Source: Flavobacteriales bacterium | GTDB taxonomy: Bacteria; Bacteroidota; Bacteroidia; M30B66 | NCBI GenBank assembly: GCA_046294625.1 | Contig: JBKBKN010000001.1 | Coordinates: forward strand, 151,686 to 215,685 | Reading direction: 5' to 3' | Length of the DNA: 64,000 nt | In this document: one piece after another, positions 1-9,432 of the stretch | Position numbering within the stretch: the first letter of the stretch is position 1 | How the letters are laid out: every line of letters starts with the position of its first letter | Translations under genes and position numbers: made by a program | The notes under the pieces: generated by a model | Told to the model about the DNA's origin: nothing | What the model saw: only the letters and a program-made list of their open reading frames with translations | The model's database searches: none

Positions 1-3000
1 GATATCATTCTGAAACCAGGAGCTGATGTAAGCAAGGTGAAATACAAGCTCAAGCATGTTCAAAAGGTTAGAATCAAGGATGGAGCATTAGAGATTAAAA
101 CCAGCGTTGGAGAAGTGTTGGAAATGAAGCCTTATGTTTATCAGATTATTAACGATGAGCTAATTGAGGTTTCCTGTGCTTACACACTTAAAAATAATAC
201 TGTTGGCTTTAGCTTCCCTAACGGATTTGATCCGGCCTACACCCTAATTATTGATCCTCAATTAATATTCGCAACTTTTTCAGGAAGTGTAGGCGATAAT
301 TGGGGCACTACAGCCACCTACGATGAATTTGGAAATGCTTATGGCGGTGGCATACTTTTTAACCAAAGCTATCCGACCACGATGGGCGCTTATCAGACTA
401 CGCTTGCAGGCAACTGCGATGTGGCTATTACGAAATATAACCAGACCGGCACTGCCATGCTTTTTAGCACCTTATTAGGCGGACTGAGAGCCGAAATTCC
501 TTATTCAATGGTGGTAGACGTCAACAATAACCTAATTGTGATGGGCTCTACGGGTTCTCCCGATTTTCCCGTTACGCAAGGCTGTTACGACCCGTCTTTC
601 AATGAAGGAGCCGCATATGGTCTGTGGCAAACAATGGGTAATTCTTTTCTTGCCAATTATCCACAGGGATCAGACTTTTTTGTGACTAAGTTTAATGCAC
701 AAGGGACTCAACTTTTAGGAAGTACTTTTGTGGGTGGCTCAGGCAACGAAGGGTTTAATCGAGCATCGGGGCTTAATCATAACTATGGTGACATCTTTAG
801 GGGCGAAGTATATGCCGATGCTAATAATGATATTTATGTGATCGGGACTACACAGTCCACCAATTTTCCAGTTATTAATGCTTTTCAGAATAATTATGGA
901 GGGGGCGATCAGGATGCAGTTGTCTTCAAGCTATCAGGAAACCTGTCCACTTTGATCTGGAGCAGTTATTTTGGTGGCAGCGGCAATGATGCAGGATATG
1001 GTTTGCAGGTAGCTGAAAATGGCTCCGTATATTTTTGCGGTGGTACTTCCAGCTCAAGCATCGCCGGAATGAATGGATTACACACTACAGGAAGGGGTGG
1101 AGTAGATGGTTTTGTGGCAAGATGCCCTACTAATGGCGGTATGCTTCAAAATGCAACTTTTATTGGTTCTTTTGACTATGATCAGGTGTACTTTATCCAA
1201 ATTGATATGCAGGGAGATATTTTCCTAATGGGGCAAACGCATGGTAGTTATCCGATAGTGCCGCCTCCGGGTCAAAATATTTACAGTGTGCCTAACGGGA
1301 GCATTTTCTTTCATAAACTCAATCCAAGCCTTATGCAAACCGGATGGTGCACAAGATTTGGAACAAACAATGTAAACAATAAGCTTGTGCCAGGAGCTTT
1401 TTTAGTCGATAACTGCAATTTTATTTCTTTTAGCTTATGGGCTGGAAATTCAAATAGCGGAATAAGCACCGCTTCAGGTTTGCCGATTACCCCCAACGCT
1501 TTTCAATCCAATACCGATGGCAGCGACTTTTATCTCGGCATACTTAATCACGATGCTGTAAATTTTCACTATGGCACCTTCTTTGGGGGACCTCAATCAG
1601 GCGAACATGTTGATGGTGGTACCAGCCGATTTGACAAAAATGGAATCATTTATCAAGCAATTTGTGCAGGATGCGGCGCAAATAATGATATGCCCACTAC
1701 TCCTGGTGCAGTATCGAATACCAACGGAAGCAATAATTGCAATATGGCCGTGATTAAGTTCGACCTTTCAGAGTATTCTACCCTTATTGGCCTTCCTGCT
1801 CAGGATTTCTTTTGCACGGGTAATTCTGTGCAGTTCACCAATCTCAGTACAGGAAACAATTCGTTTACCTGGTTTTTTGGTGATGGAAATTCGAGCACGC
1901 TTCAAAACCCTTTTCACACCTATAGTCAACCCGGAACTTATGAAGTTTTACTGGTATCGGATGGCAACAGCATCTGCACCTTTAACGATACAGCTCGAGT
2001 ATTTATCACCGTACAATTGCCTCCCAACTTGATATTTGACCAGTTTCCACCTATTTGCAAAGGAGACAGTATTCAACTCATTATCTCCGGAGCCGATCAA
2101 TATATTTGGGAAACTGCGCCCGGCATACCGTTAAACCAATTAAACAATCCCGCACCCTGGGTAAGTCCAGAGCAAACCACAGTTTATACCGTAACTGCCA
2201 GCAACAATTGCGGCTCGATCACCGGTCAAATCCATATTGAAGTAATCTCATTTGATATTAACATTATCAGTCCGGGGGATGTATTGTGCCTCGGAGACAG
2301 TCTTATGCTTCAAACATCTGGAGCTTCATCCTACATCTGGGAGCCGGATTCGGTGATTGTATCAAACAATGGAACACATGTCACCATCAATCCTGTTGAA
2401 GATGTGATGATTTATTTAACCGGGATCAATCCACAGGGTTGCAGGGCCAAAGACAGCCTGGAAGTGTTTATCCTTACCGCTCCGATTGTGCAAGCTCCCC
2501 CCGATACCATCATTTGTTTTGGGTCCACCATTAGCTTACAAGGAGGCAGCCCTCTGCAGCAGGTTACCTGGACCAATTTAAGCACCGGTCAGCAATTTCT
2601 TTCACCAAGCATCGCTATCCAACCCGATACGGTCACAGTTTATGAGTTGATGGTGAGCAATCAATGTGGCGTATCGAGAGATTCTGTGGTGGTGGATGTG
2701 AGCCGCATTTATCCTATAGTAGGCCCTGATATCACGGTTTGCCATAGCACTCCTGTGGCCGTTTTTGCCGAAGGTGGAACCCAGTATAATTGGCTGCCTG
2801 CTTCACACTTTCAAAATCCCCAACAACCCAATACAGTGCTTATGCCTCAATTTGACACTAAATATACTGTAGTGATTGGCAACACGTTAGGATGTATGGA
2901 AGAAGCAGAATTGCCCATCAGACTTTATCCAAGGTCGCACCTAAGTGCCGGACCTGACAAGTTAATTCCCTACGGTGGGATCACTACACTTGATGGAAGT

Positions 3001-3432
3001 GCCTCGCCGGGAATCTTAAATTGGACACCACCATTGGATTTGAGTTGTACAGCATGCACTAATCCACAAGTTCAGCTCTTCGAAACCCGCGAATACACAC
3101 TCACGTTGATTGATACTTTTGGTTGTCAATACAGCGCCATGGCCAAGATCGTAGTGGAAGGCTCTATTTACATTCCCAATGCATTCACGCCCAATGGAGA
3201 TGGCATCAATGATGAATTCAGAGCCTTAGGAGTAGACGTGGAACAGTTTCGAATGGAAGTATTTACGCGCAATGGGGAGTTGATTTTCCAATCTACTGAC
3301 TTGATGAAAGGCTGGAATGGGCAAGTAAACGGTCGTGATGCGCAAATGGATGTGTATGTGTATGTGGTCTACTACACACTCAATTCAGGTGAGACGCGTC
3401 GTGTAACAGGAAGGGTTACTTTAGTGCAGTAA
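1..3432 (+). CDS. Large secreted surface protein, 5'-truncated by the window edge. Contains SBBP-type beta-propeller repeats and a PKD domain, and ends in a gliding-motility/T9SS type-B C-terminal sorting domain (CHU_C).
   Basis: The frame is open from nt 1, so the GTG at 37 is only the first in-window start. PKD signature 'FTWFFGDGNSSTLQNPFHTYSQPGTYEVLLV'. Repeated 'GGSGNE/GGSGND...Y' beta-propeller-like units. C-terminus 'IPNAFTPNGDGINDEF...GWNGQ..G' matches the type-B T9SS sorting domain. Confidence 0.8.
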   Translation, partial: DIILKPGADVSKVKYKLKHVQKVRIKDGALEIKTSVGEVLEMKPYVYQIINDELIEVSCAYTLKNNTVGFSFPNGFDPAYTLIIDPQLIFATFSGSVGDNWGTTATYDEFGNAYGGGILFNQSYPTTMGAYQTTLAGNCDVAITKYNQTGTAMLFSTLLGGLRAEIPYSMVVDVNNNLIVMGSTGSPDFPVTQGCYDPSFNEGAAYGLWQTMGNSFLANYPQGSDFFVTKFNAQGTQLLGSTFVGGSGNEGFNRASGLNHNYGDIFRGEVYADANNDIYVIGTTQSTNFPVINAFQNNYGGGDQDAVVFKLSGNLSTLIWSSYFGGSGNDAGYGLQVAENGSVYFCGGTSSSSIAGMNGLHTTGRGGVDGFVARCPTNGGMLQNATFIGSFDYDQVYFIQIDMQGDIFLMGQTHGSYPIVPPPGQNIYSVPNGSIFFHKLNPSLMQTGWCTRFGTNNVNNKLVPGAFLVDNCNFISFSLWAGNSNSGISTASGLPITPNAFQSNTDGSDFYLGILNHDAVNFHYGTFFGGPQSGEHVDGGTSRFDKNGIIYQAICAGCGANNDMPTTPGAVSNTNGSNNCNMAVIKFDLSEYSTLIGLPAQDFFCTGNSVQFTNLSTGNNSFTWFFGDGNSSTLQNPFHTYSQPGTYEVLLVSDGNSICTFNDTARVFITVQLPPNLIFDQFPPICKGDSIQLIISGADQYIWETAPGIPLNQLNNPAPWVSPEQTTVYTVTASNNCGSITGQIHIEVISFDINIISPGDVLCLGDSLMLQTSGASSYIWEPDSVIVSNNGTHVTINPVEDVMIYLTGINPQGCRAKDSLEVFILTAPIVQAPPDTIICFGSTISLQGGSPLQQVTWTNLSTGQQFLSPSIAIQPDTVTVYELMVSNQCGVSRDSVVVDVSRIYPIVGPDITVCHSTPVAVFAEGGTQYNWLPASHFQNPQQPNTVLMPQFDTKYTVVIGNTLGCMEEAELPIRLYPRSHLSAGPDKLIPYGGITTLDGSASPGILNWTPPLDLSCTACTNPQVQLFETREYTLTLIDTFGCQYSAMAKIVVEGSIYIPNAFTPNGDGINDEFRALGVDVEQFRMEVFTRNGELIFQSTDLMKGWNGQVNGRDAQMDVYVYVVYYTLNSGETRRVTGRVTLVQ

Positions 3433-3441
3433 TCAAGCGAC

Positions 3442-3942
3442 ATGCATTCTACAGATAAAAAATTATTTCTTCGCACCCCACTCCCCGATGATCTTGAGCT
3501 CATGCTCGAAATTGAGAACAATCCGGCAAACAAGGAATTTAGCAAACAGGAACATCGGGATTACGGTCATGAAGAAATGCTGGCTTTTATTCTATCCAAT
3601 CATGATTTAAAAATGCACGGGCAAATCAGATACACTGCAGTGGCAGATCAAAATCCGATTGGTTTTTTCGATTTATACGATGCTGATTTCATTGGACTTA
3701 AGGCCGGAATTGGTTTGATTGTACACCCCAATTATCAGCATATGGGCCTTGGCACTTTGGCCCTTTCGGAGCTTGAAAATATTGCTCATTTGGAACATGG
3801 GCTGCGAAAATTATATGCCGTGGTGGATAAAGACAATGTTACAGCAATTCGTTTTTTCAGAAAAATGGCTTATCGATCGGCAATTCCCGAAGGCGATGTT
3901 CAGATTTTCCCCAAAAGTGTTTATTTGGAAAAAAATCTTTGA
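3442..3942 (+). CDS. GNAT family N-acetyltransferase (RimJ/RimL-like)
   Basis: 166 aa with an acetyl-CoA-binding-like 'HMGLGTLALSELENIA' segment; the fold assignment comes from motif memory only. Confidence 0.55.
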   Translation: MHSTDKKLFLRTPLPDDLELMLEIENNPANKEFSKQEHRDYGHEEMLAFILSNHDLKMHGQIRYTAVADQNPIGFFDLYDADFIGLKAGIGLIVHPNYQHMGLGTLALSELENIAHLEHGLRKLYAVVDKDNVTAIRFFRKMAYRSAIPEGDVQIFPKSVYLEKNL

Positions 3943-4117
3943 ACTAGTTTAATGCTCTAGACTTACCGTTTCAATTGCAAAGTATGAAGTTGCACTAGGA
4001 ACATCAAAATCTACCACAAAAGTGGGTTTAACATTCGGGCGTATGAATATTTCCTGAATGGAAACAGCGTTAAGTCATACGGAATGAATATTTTTGCCCG
4101 CTAAAAAATCTGAAACC

Positions 4118-5515
4118 ATGAGTGCACTCAACAGAAAAACCATTGCCGAATGGCTGAAAACAAATCCTGAAGGACAGGAAGTGAAAGTGATGGGCTGGGT
4201 AAGAACCAGACGAGGGAATAAAAATGTAGCCTTCATTGCACTGAACGATGGATCGGTGATTCACAATATTCAGATTGTGGTCGATTTGCAGCAATTTCCT
4301 GATGAGCAAATTAAGAAAGTGCAAACAGGTAGCTCTATATCGGTGATTGGTAAGCTGGTGGCTTCGCAAGGGCAGGGGCAGACGGTTGAGGTGCTTGCAG
4401 AACAAATTGAAGTGCATGGTGAAGCAGATCCGGAAAAGTATCCTTTGCAGAAGAAAGGTCATACGCTTGAGTTTCTGAGAGAGATTGCACATCTAAGACC
4501 GCGCACCAATACTTTTGGGGCTGTATTGCGGATTCGTCATGCCATGGCCTATGCGATACACAAATACTTTAATGACAATGGTTTCTATTATATTCATGCG
4601 CCTATCATCACCGGGTCTGACGCAGAAGGAGCGGGCGAGATGTTTCGGGTCACTACGCTTGATGTAGAGAACCCACCCAAGACCGAGGAAGGAAAAGTGG
4701 ATTACACCGAAGATTTTTTTGGTAAAGAAGCCAACCTCACTGTTTCCGGGCAATTAGAAGCTGAGCTGGCTGCATTGGCCTTGTCAAAAGTCTATACTTT
4801 TGGACCTACTTTCAGAGCAGAAAACTCAAACACCACCAGGCATTTGGCTGAGTTTTGGATGATTGAGCCGGAGATGGCCTTCTACGATCTCAACGACAAT
4901 ATGGATTTGGCAGAAGATTTTCTGAAATATCTGATCCGTTATGCTTTAGAGCATTGCATGGACGATCTGGATTTCCTAAACAAAATGTATGATAATGCCC
5001 TGATTGGCCGTTTAAAGAGTGTGGTTGCAGGTCCTTTTCAGCGGATTACCTACACGGAGGCCATCGAAATTTTGAAAAACTCTGGCAAGAAATTTGAGTT
5101 TCAGGTGGAGTGGGGCACAGACCTTCAATCGGAGCATGAGCGCTATTTGGTAGAGCAGCATTTTAACGGACCGGTGATTTTAACCAATTATCCAAAACAT
5201 ATTAAAGCCTTCTATATGAAGCAAAATGAAGATGGCAAAACCGTTCGTGCCATGGATGTTTTGTTTCCGGGAATTGGAGAGATTATCGGGGGCTCACAAC
5301 GTGAAGAGGTGTATGAGAAACTGAGTGAACGTATTGATGAGATGGGAATTCACCGCGAGAGTCTTTGGTGGTATCTCGAAACCCGCCAATTCGGAACCGT
5401 TCCGCATGCCGGTTTTGGTTTAGGCTTTGAGCGTTTGGTGCTTTTTGTAACCGGTATGGGTAATATAAGAGATGTAATCCCCTTTCCACGCACGCCTAAA
5501 AATTTAGAATTTTAA
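4118..5515 (+). CDS. asnS: Asparaginyl-tRNA synthetase
   Basis: Class IIb aminoacyl-tRNA synthetase motifs: N-terminal OB-fold '[25 protein letters not shown]', motif 2 '[21 protein letters not shown]', motif 3 '[29 protein letters not shown]'. The ATG at 4118 is preferred over the TTG at 4094. Confidence 0.95.
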   Translation: MSALNRKTIAEWLKTNPEGQEVKVMGWVRTRRGNKNVAFIALNDGSVIHNIQIVVDLQQFPDEQIKKVQTGSSISVIGKLVASQGQGQTVEVLAEQIEVHGEADPEKYPLQKKGHTLEFLREIAHLRPRTNTFGAVLRIRHAMAYAIHKYFNDNGFYYIHAPIITGSDAEGAGEMFRVTTLDVENPPKTEEGKVDYTEDFFGKEANLTVSGQLEAELAALALSKVYTFGPTFRAENSNTTRHLAEFWMIEPEMAFYDLNDNMDLAEDFLKYLIRYALEHCMDDLDFLNKMYDNALIGRLKSVVAGPFQRITYTEAIEILKNSGKKFEFQVEWGTDLQSEHERYLVEQHFNGPVILTNYPKHIKAFYMKQNEDGKTVRAMDVLFPGIGEIIGGSQREEVYEKLSERIDEMGIHRESLWWYLETRQFGTVPHAGFGLGFERLVLFVTGMGNIRDVIPFPRTPKNLEF

Positions 5516-5519
5516 TCGT

Positions 5520-6146
5520 TTAGTTGCTTAACTTAAATTCAACATCCTGGCCCATAAAACGTGTTTTCACGTAAGTGCAGATGCCATGAGCATAATGATA
5601 TTCGCTGCGAATGCCATCCGGCAGAGTGAGTTCATACACATTGTTTGACTTGCATTTCAGGGGGCAGAAAACGCCAAATTTTTCTGAAAATATTTGGCTT
5701 AGACCTGAAGGCTCTCTGTAGTACAATTGTGCCACGCTAAATTTCACCTCGTCGTGTAACTTTAAGCTTTGCTCATCTTTTTCGATATGATAGGTTTTTT
5801 GGTGAAGCCTAACAGATGTTTTGTCTTTCAGCTCGCCATTGACCGTGCGTGTAACATCAGCATTGGTAAGTCTGGACTCGGTATAGCGTGAAAGTGTAAA
5901 GTATTGAATTTTCTTGAATGGAACTTTTACATCACCTTCTATTCTGAGCGAATAATCGTTCAACCCATGGAATATGCGCTCCACTTTAAGCTTGCCTGAA
6001 CCGATAAAACCAACTTTTACATCATATAAAAGTGTAGCATTTGCTGTAACTGCAAAACAATAAACGAAAATGATTAAAAAGGTGTGTTTAAAATATCTAA
6101 AACTGCTTGCAGAAGATAACTTGTAAGATTTAATTGGTGTTCTCAT
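5520..6146 (-). CDS. Hypothetical secreted protein with signal peptide, possibly of the DUF3108 type
   Basis: ORF with internal start 'MRTPIKSYKL...FLIIFVYCFAVTANA' (a signal peptide). No catalytic motif recognised. Confidence 0.45.
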   Translation of the reverse strand: MRTPIKSYKLSSASSFRYFKHTFLIIFVYCFAVTANATLLYDVKVGFIGSGKLKVERIFHGLNDYSLRIEGDVKVPFKKIQYFTLSRYTESRLTNADVTRTVNGELKDKTSVRLHQKTYHIEKDEQSLKLHDEVKFSVAQLYYREPSGLSQIFSEKFGVFCPLKCKSNNVYELTLPDGIRSEYHYAHGICTYVKTRFMGQDVEFKLSN

Positions 6147-6227
6147 GGTGTTACTATTTATTATATGACACCACTGAATTGAATTCCCCCCATACTGATG
6201 CACACATTTTTTGGTTTCGGTCTTTTT

Positions 6228-7370
6228 TTAACGGCTTACCTGCCGATCTCTCTTCAGGATTTTTCCCAAATTTAAGGATAAATCCAGAAAAATCATCTTC
6301 GCATTGCCATTTCTTTCAATATGATAGATTGCATCGTTAAACAATTGATTGGCATCTTCAGCAGTAGTGGTCTGGATAAAATCGCTGAATTTTTGAGCAA
6401 AATCGTATTCTTCGCTACTCAAAACTTCCACACCCGGACCAAATCGAAGCGCAGTAACCTGACGAATCATGAATAAGGCATAATTCAAAAAATCCTTTTG
6501 ACTTTCTCTGCCCATTCGCGAAAACTCATCCATTTCCTTAAGCAAATTAGTGATGTTAAACGTGATTATATCGCGCAACCACTGTCTGAAATAATCAAAC
6601 GATTGCGTAAAATCTTCGCCATGTGTTGCCATTTGCTTCGCCTTGTTGTAATTGCCTTCTGCAACTGTGGCTATTTTGTCGGCTTGTTGTTTGGCAATCT
6701 GTAATCTATTTTGAAGCATCTCACTTATTTCAGGAGTTTTGTAGGGTGGAATCTTGATAAGTTGTGCTCTTGAAAGAATTGTTTTCAATATAGCATCATA
6801 ATCTTCGGCCACCATAATGATGAGTGTTTTCTCAAAGGGCTCTTCAAAAGTTTTTAGGAGTCGGTTAGCGGCTTCAGTATTCATTCGCTCAGGCATCCAC
6901 ATGATGAGGAACTTATATTCGCTGTCGAATGACTTATAGTTCAGCTTGCGAATGATGTTCGATGCTTCATATACCGTGATTAAGGGCATTTTATTGTCAA
7001 TCTCGATCTCGTCTTTCCATTCCGAAAGACTGATGAAGAAATCTTTCATCAAATACGCTCTGAATTGCACCATGAACTCATCGCTGTTCATGTCTTTTGT
7101 GCCTTCGCTTTTGCGATTTACTGGGAAAGAAAAATGAAGGTCGGCATGGGCATATTTTTGAAATTTCAAACAAGATGGGCATTTCCCACAGCTGTCTTCT
7201 GCACCCTTATTTTCACAAGCAATGTATTGACAATAGGCTACTGCAAGACCGAATGCGCCGTTGCCTTCAGGTCCGCAAAAAAGTTGGGTTGAGCTGATTC
7301 TTTGATCTGTTACAGTTCTAATCAAACGCTTCTTGATTGCCTCATGTCCAGGAATGTCTTTGAATTGCAT
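6228..7370 (-). CDS. holB: DNA polymerase III delta-prime subunit
   Basis: AAA+ clamp-loader N-terminus 'CGPEGNGAFGLAVAYCQY', zinc-module cysteines 'CGKCPSCLKF', and length 380 aa. Confidence 0.8.
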   Translation of the reverse strand: MQFKDIPGHEAIKKRLIRTVTDQRISSTQLFCGPEGNGAFGLAVAYCQYIACENKGAEDSCGKCPSCLKFQKYAHADLHFSFPVNRKSEGTKDMNSDEFMVQFRAYLMKDFFISLSEWKDEIEIDNKMPLITVYEASNIIRKLNYKSFDSEYKFLIMWMPERMNTEAANRLLKTFEEPFEKTLIIMVAEDYDAILKTILSRAQLIKIPPYKTPEISEMLQNRLQIAKQQADKIATVAEGNYNKAKQMATHGEDFTQSFDYFRQWLRDIITFNITNLLKEMDEFSRMGRESQKDFLNYALFMIRQVTALRFGPGVEVLSSEEYDFAQKFSDFIQTTTAEDANQLFNDAIYHIERNGNAKMIFLDLSLNLGKILKRDRQVSR

Positions 7371-7464
7371 AATGCAAACTTAAACTAATTGATGTGCTTT
7401 TACAGAGACAAGGAGCTATTAAAAAACAAAAAAGCCTAACTAAGCTGGAGTAAAGACAATATCT

Positions 7465-8307
7465 TTGCCCATTAAGTTATTCCTTGCCATGAATCAAGCT
7501 CGTAAAATCATCTTAGCTGTAGCCTTATTTCTCATCGTCGAGCTCCTTTCCGGATGCTATCGTGTTCCTGTTTCGGGGCGCAATCAGTTTAAGTTGTTGC
7601 CGGAGGCTACACTCACCAATTTTGCAGCAGGGGCTTATCGTGATATGATGCGACAGGGACCTGTAATTCCGCAGGGGACCAATAATCAATTGGTAAATTC
7701 GGTTTACCGTGTTGGTCAACGCATGTTCCCTGCTGTAAACGATTATCTGCGCCGCACAGGACACACCAAACGTTTGAGAAATATCCGTTGGGAACTCAAT
7801 GTGATTGATCGCAATGTGGTGAATGCATGGTGTATGCCGGGTGGAAAAATTGCTTTTTATACGGGCATTCTTCCCATTTGTCGCGATGAAGCAGGTATAG
7901 CCGCGGTAATGGGACACGAAATGGCGCATGCCATAGCGCACCATGGTAATGAGCGCATGAGTCAGCAATTGGCTATCGTTACGGGAGTTGGTTCGCTTGC
8001 ACTAGCGATGCGCGACAGGCCGAATGAAACAAGAAATTTGATGTTAGCAGCCGCCGGACTCGGTGCAGAGGTAGGTATTTCTTTGCCTTTTTCCAGAAAG
8101 CATGAGACCGAGGCTGACCAAATGGGTTTAATCTTCATGGCACTTGCAGGTTACGACCCTAATCAAGCGATAGATTTCTGGCAACGTATGGCACAGCAAG
8201 GGGGAGGCCGGATGCCTGAATTTTTGAGTACGCATCCAGCGCCATCTACCCGCGTTCAAAATCTTCGCTCTTTTATGCCCAAGGCCATGCGCTATTACAA
8301 GCCATAG
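7465..8307 (+). CDS. M48 family zinc metallopeptidase, lipoprotein
   Basis: HEXXH motif 'GHEMAHAIAHHG', a downstream glutamate in 'HETEADQMG', and a lipoprotein signal ending 'LLSGCY'. Confidence 0.8.
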   Translation: MPIKLFLAMNQARKIILAVALFLIVELLSGCYRVPVSGRNQFKLLPEATLTNFAAGAYRDMMRQGPVIPQGTNNQLVNSVYRVGQRMFPAVNDYLRRTGHTKRLRNIRWELNVIDRNVVNAWCMPGGKIAFYTGILPICRDEAGIAAVMGHEMAHAIAHHGNERMSQQLAIVTGVGSLALAMRDRPNETRNLMLAAAGLGAEVGISLPFSRKHETEADQMGLIFMALAGYDPNQAIDFWQRMAQQGGGRMPEFLSTHPAPSTRVQNLRSFMPKAMRYYKP

Positions 8308-8315
8308 TTTATTAC

Positions 8316-9290
8316 TTAATAACTCCTTTTCATCAGACTTTCGGCAAAATTGCGAATGATCTGTTTTGCCCGGTTGTCATCACGTCCGATTTTTTCAAGT
8401 TGTTCAATCGCTTGATTAAAATATTGTTGCATAATTAGTTCAGCTTCCTCTTTCACCCCATAGCGTGCATAAAGATTCATCACTTCGCGCACTTTTTGTT
8501 CATTGTAATGCATTGGCTGCATCAGTTCTGTGAGCTTTGCATGATCTTCAGGAGAGGCTTTTTCTATGGTGCGAATGAGAAGATAGGTCTTTTTGTTGGC
8601 CTTGATATCGCCCCCGGTCTGTTTGCCGACGAGTGCAGGATCACCATAGCAATCGAGCACATCATCCATTAGTTGAAACGCCACTCCAATATTACGTCCA
8701 AAGTGCTTTATCCAATTGGATTGCTCGATCGTGGCATCACCCATCAATGCACCTATCTGAAGCGCTCCACCGAGTAAAGCCGCTGTTTTCAATTCTATCA
8801 TATGGAGATAGGCATTCACACTCACATCATTTGCATTTTCGAAGTTCATATCCCATTGCTGACCTTCGCAGACTTCAATGGCAGCTTCGAAAAAGACTTT
8901 CATGATTTGATGCACTTTTTCGCCCGAATTGGCAATCATCAGCTGACAAGATTCCACAAACATGACATCACCAGAAAGGATGGCGATGTTTTCATTCCAC
9001 TTTTTAAAAACCGTTGGTTTGTTTCTTCTCAGAGGGGCTTGGTCCATGATATCGTCGTGGAGTAAGGTGAAATTGTGAAACACTTCTATCGCCAATGCTT
9101 GCTGCAATGCATCTTCTTTGTTGCCGTTAAACATTTCGCAGGCGAGCAGCAACAAAATCGGGCGCATGCGTTTTCCGCCTAAGTCAAGCGTGTAGCGAAT
9201 CGGTTCATACAATTCTTTGGGCTCTTTTTCATAGGCTAGCTCAGCTATGGCTTTCTCGATATATTGCTTGTAGGGTAAAATTTCCTGCAT
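8316..9290 (-). CDS. ispB: Polyprenyl (octaprenyl/solanesyl) diphosphate synthase
   Basis: First and second aspartate-rich motifs 'LLHDDIMDQAPLRR' and 'FQLMDDVLDCYGD'. Start taken at the internal Met 'MQEILPYKQ'. Confidence 0.85.
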   Translation of the reverse strand: MQEILPYKQYIEKAIAELAYEKEPKELYEPIRYTLDLGGKRMRPILLLLACEMFNGNKEDALQQALAIEVFHNFTLLHDDIMDQAPLRRNKPTVFKKWNENIAILSGDVMFVESCQLMIANSGEKVHQIMKVFFEAAIEVCEGQQWDMNFENANDVSVNAYLHMIELKTAALLGGALQIGALMGDATIEQSNWIKHFGRNIGVAFQLMDDVLDCYGDPALVGKQTGGDIKANKKTYLLIRTIEKASPEDHAKLTELMQPMHYNEQKVREVMNLYARYGVKEEAELIMQQYFNQAIEQLEKIGRDDNRAKQIIRNFAESLMKRSY

Positions 9291-9432
9291 GGTTTTACAG
9301 TATCTAGAGATGCACAAATTAAAGTCAATTATGGTGTAATTGTTTATTGCAACATCAACAATTGTAAAAATACCAAAGGCTGTTGTGTCGTTACTTGCTT
9401 ATAAAAGGCTAAGCGTTGATACCGGCTATTTA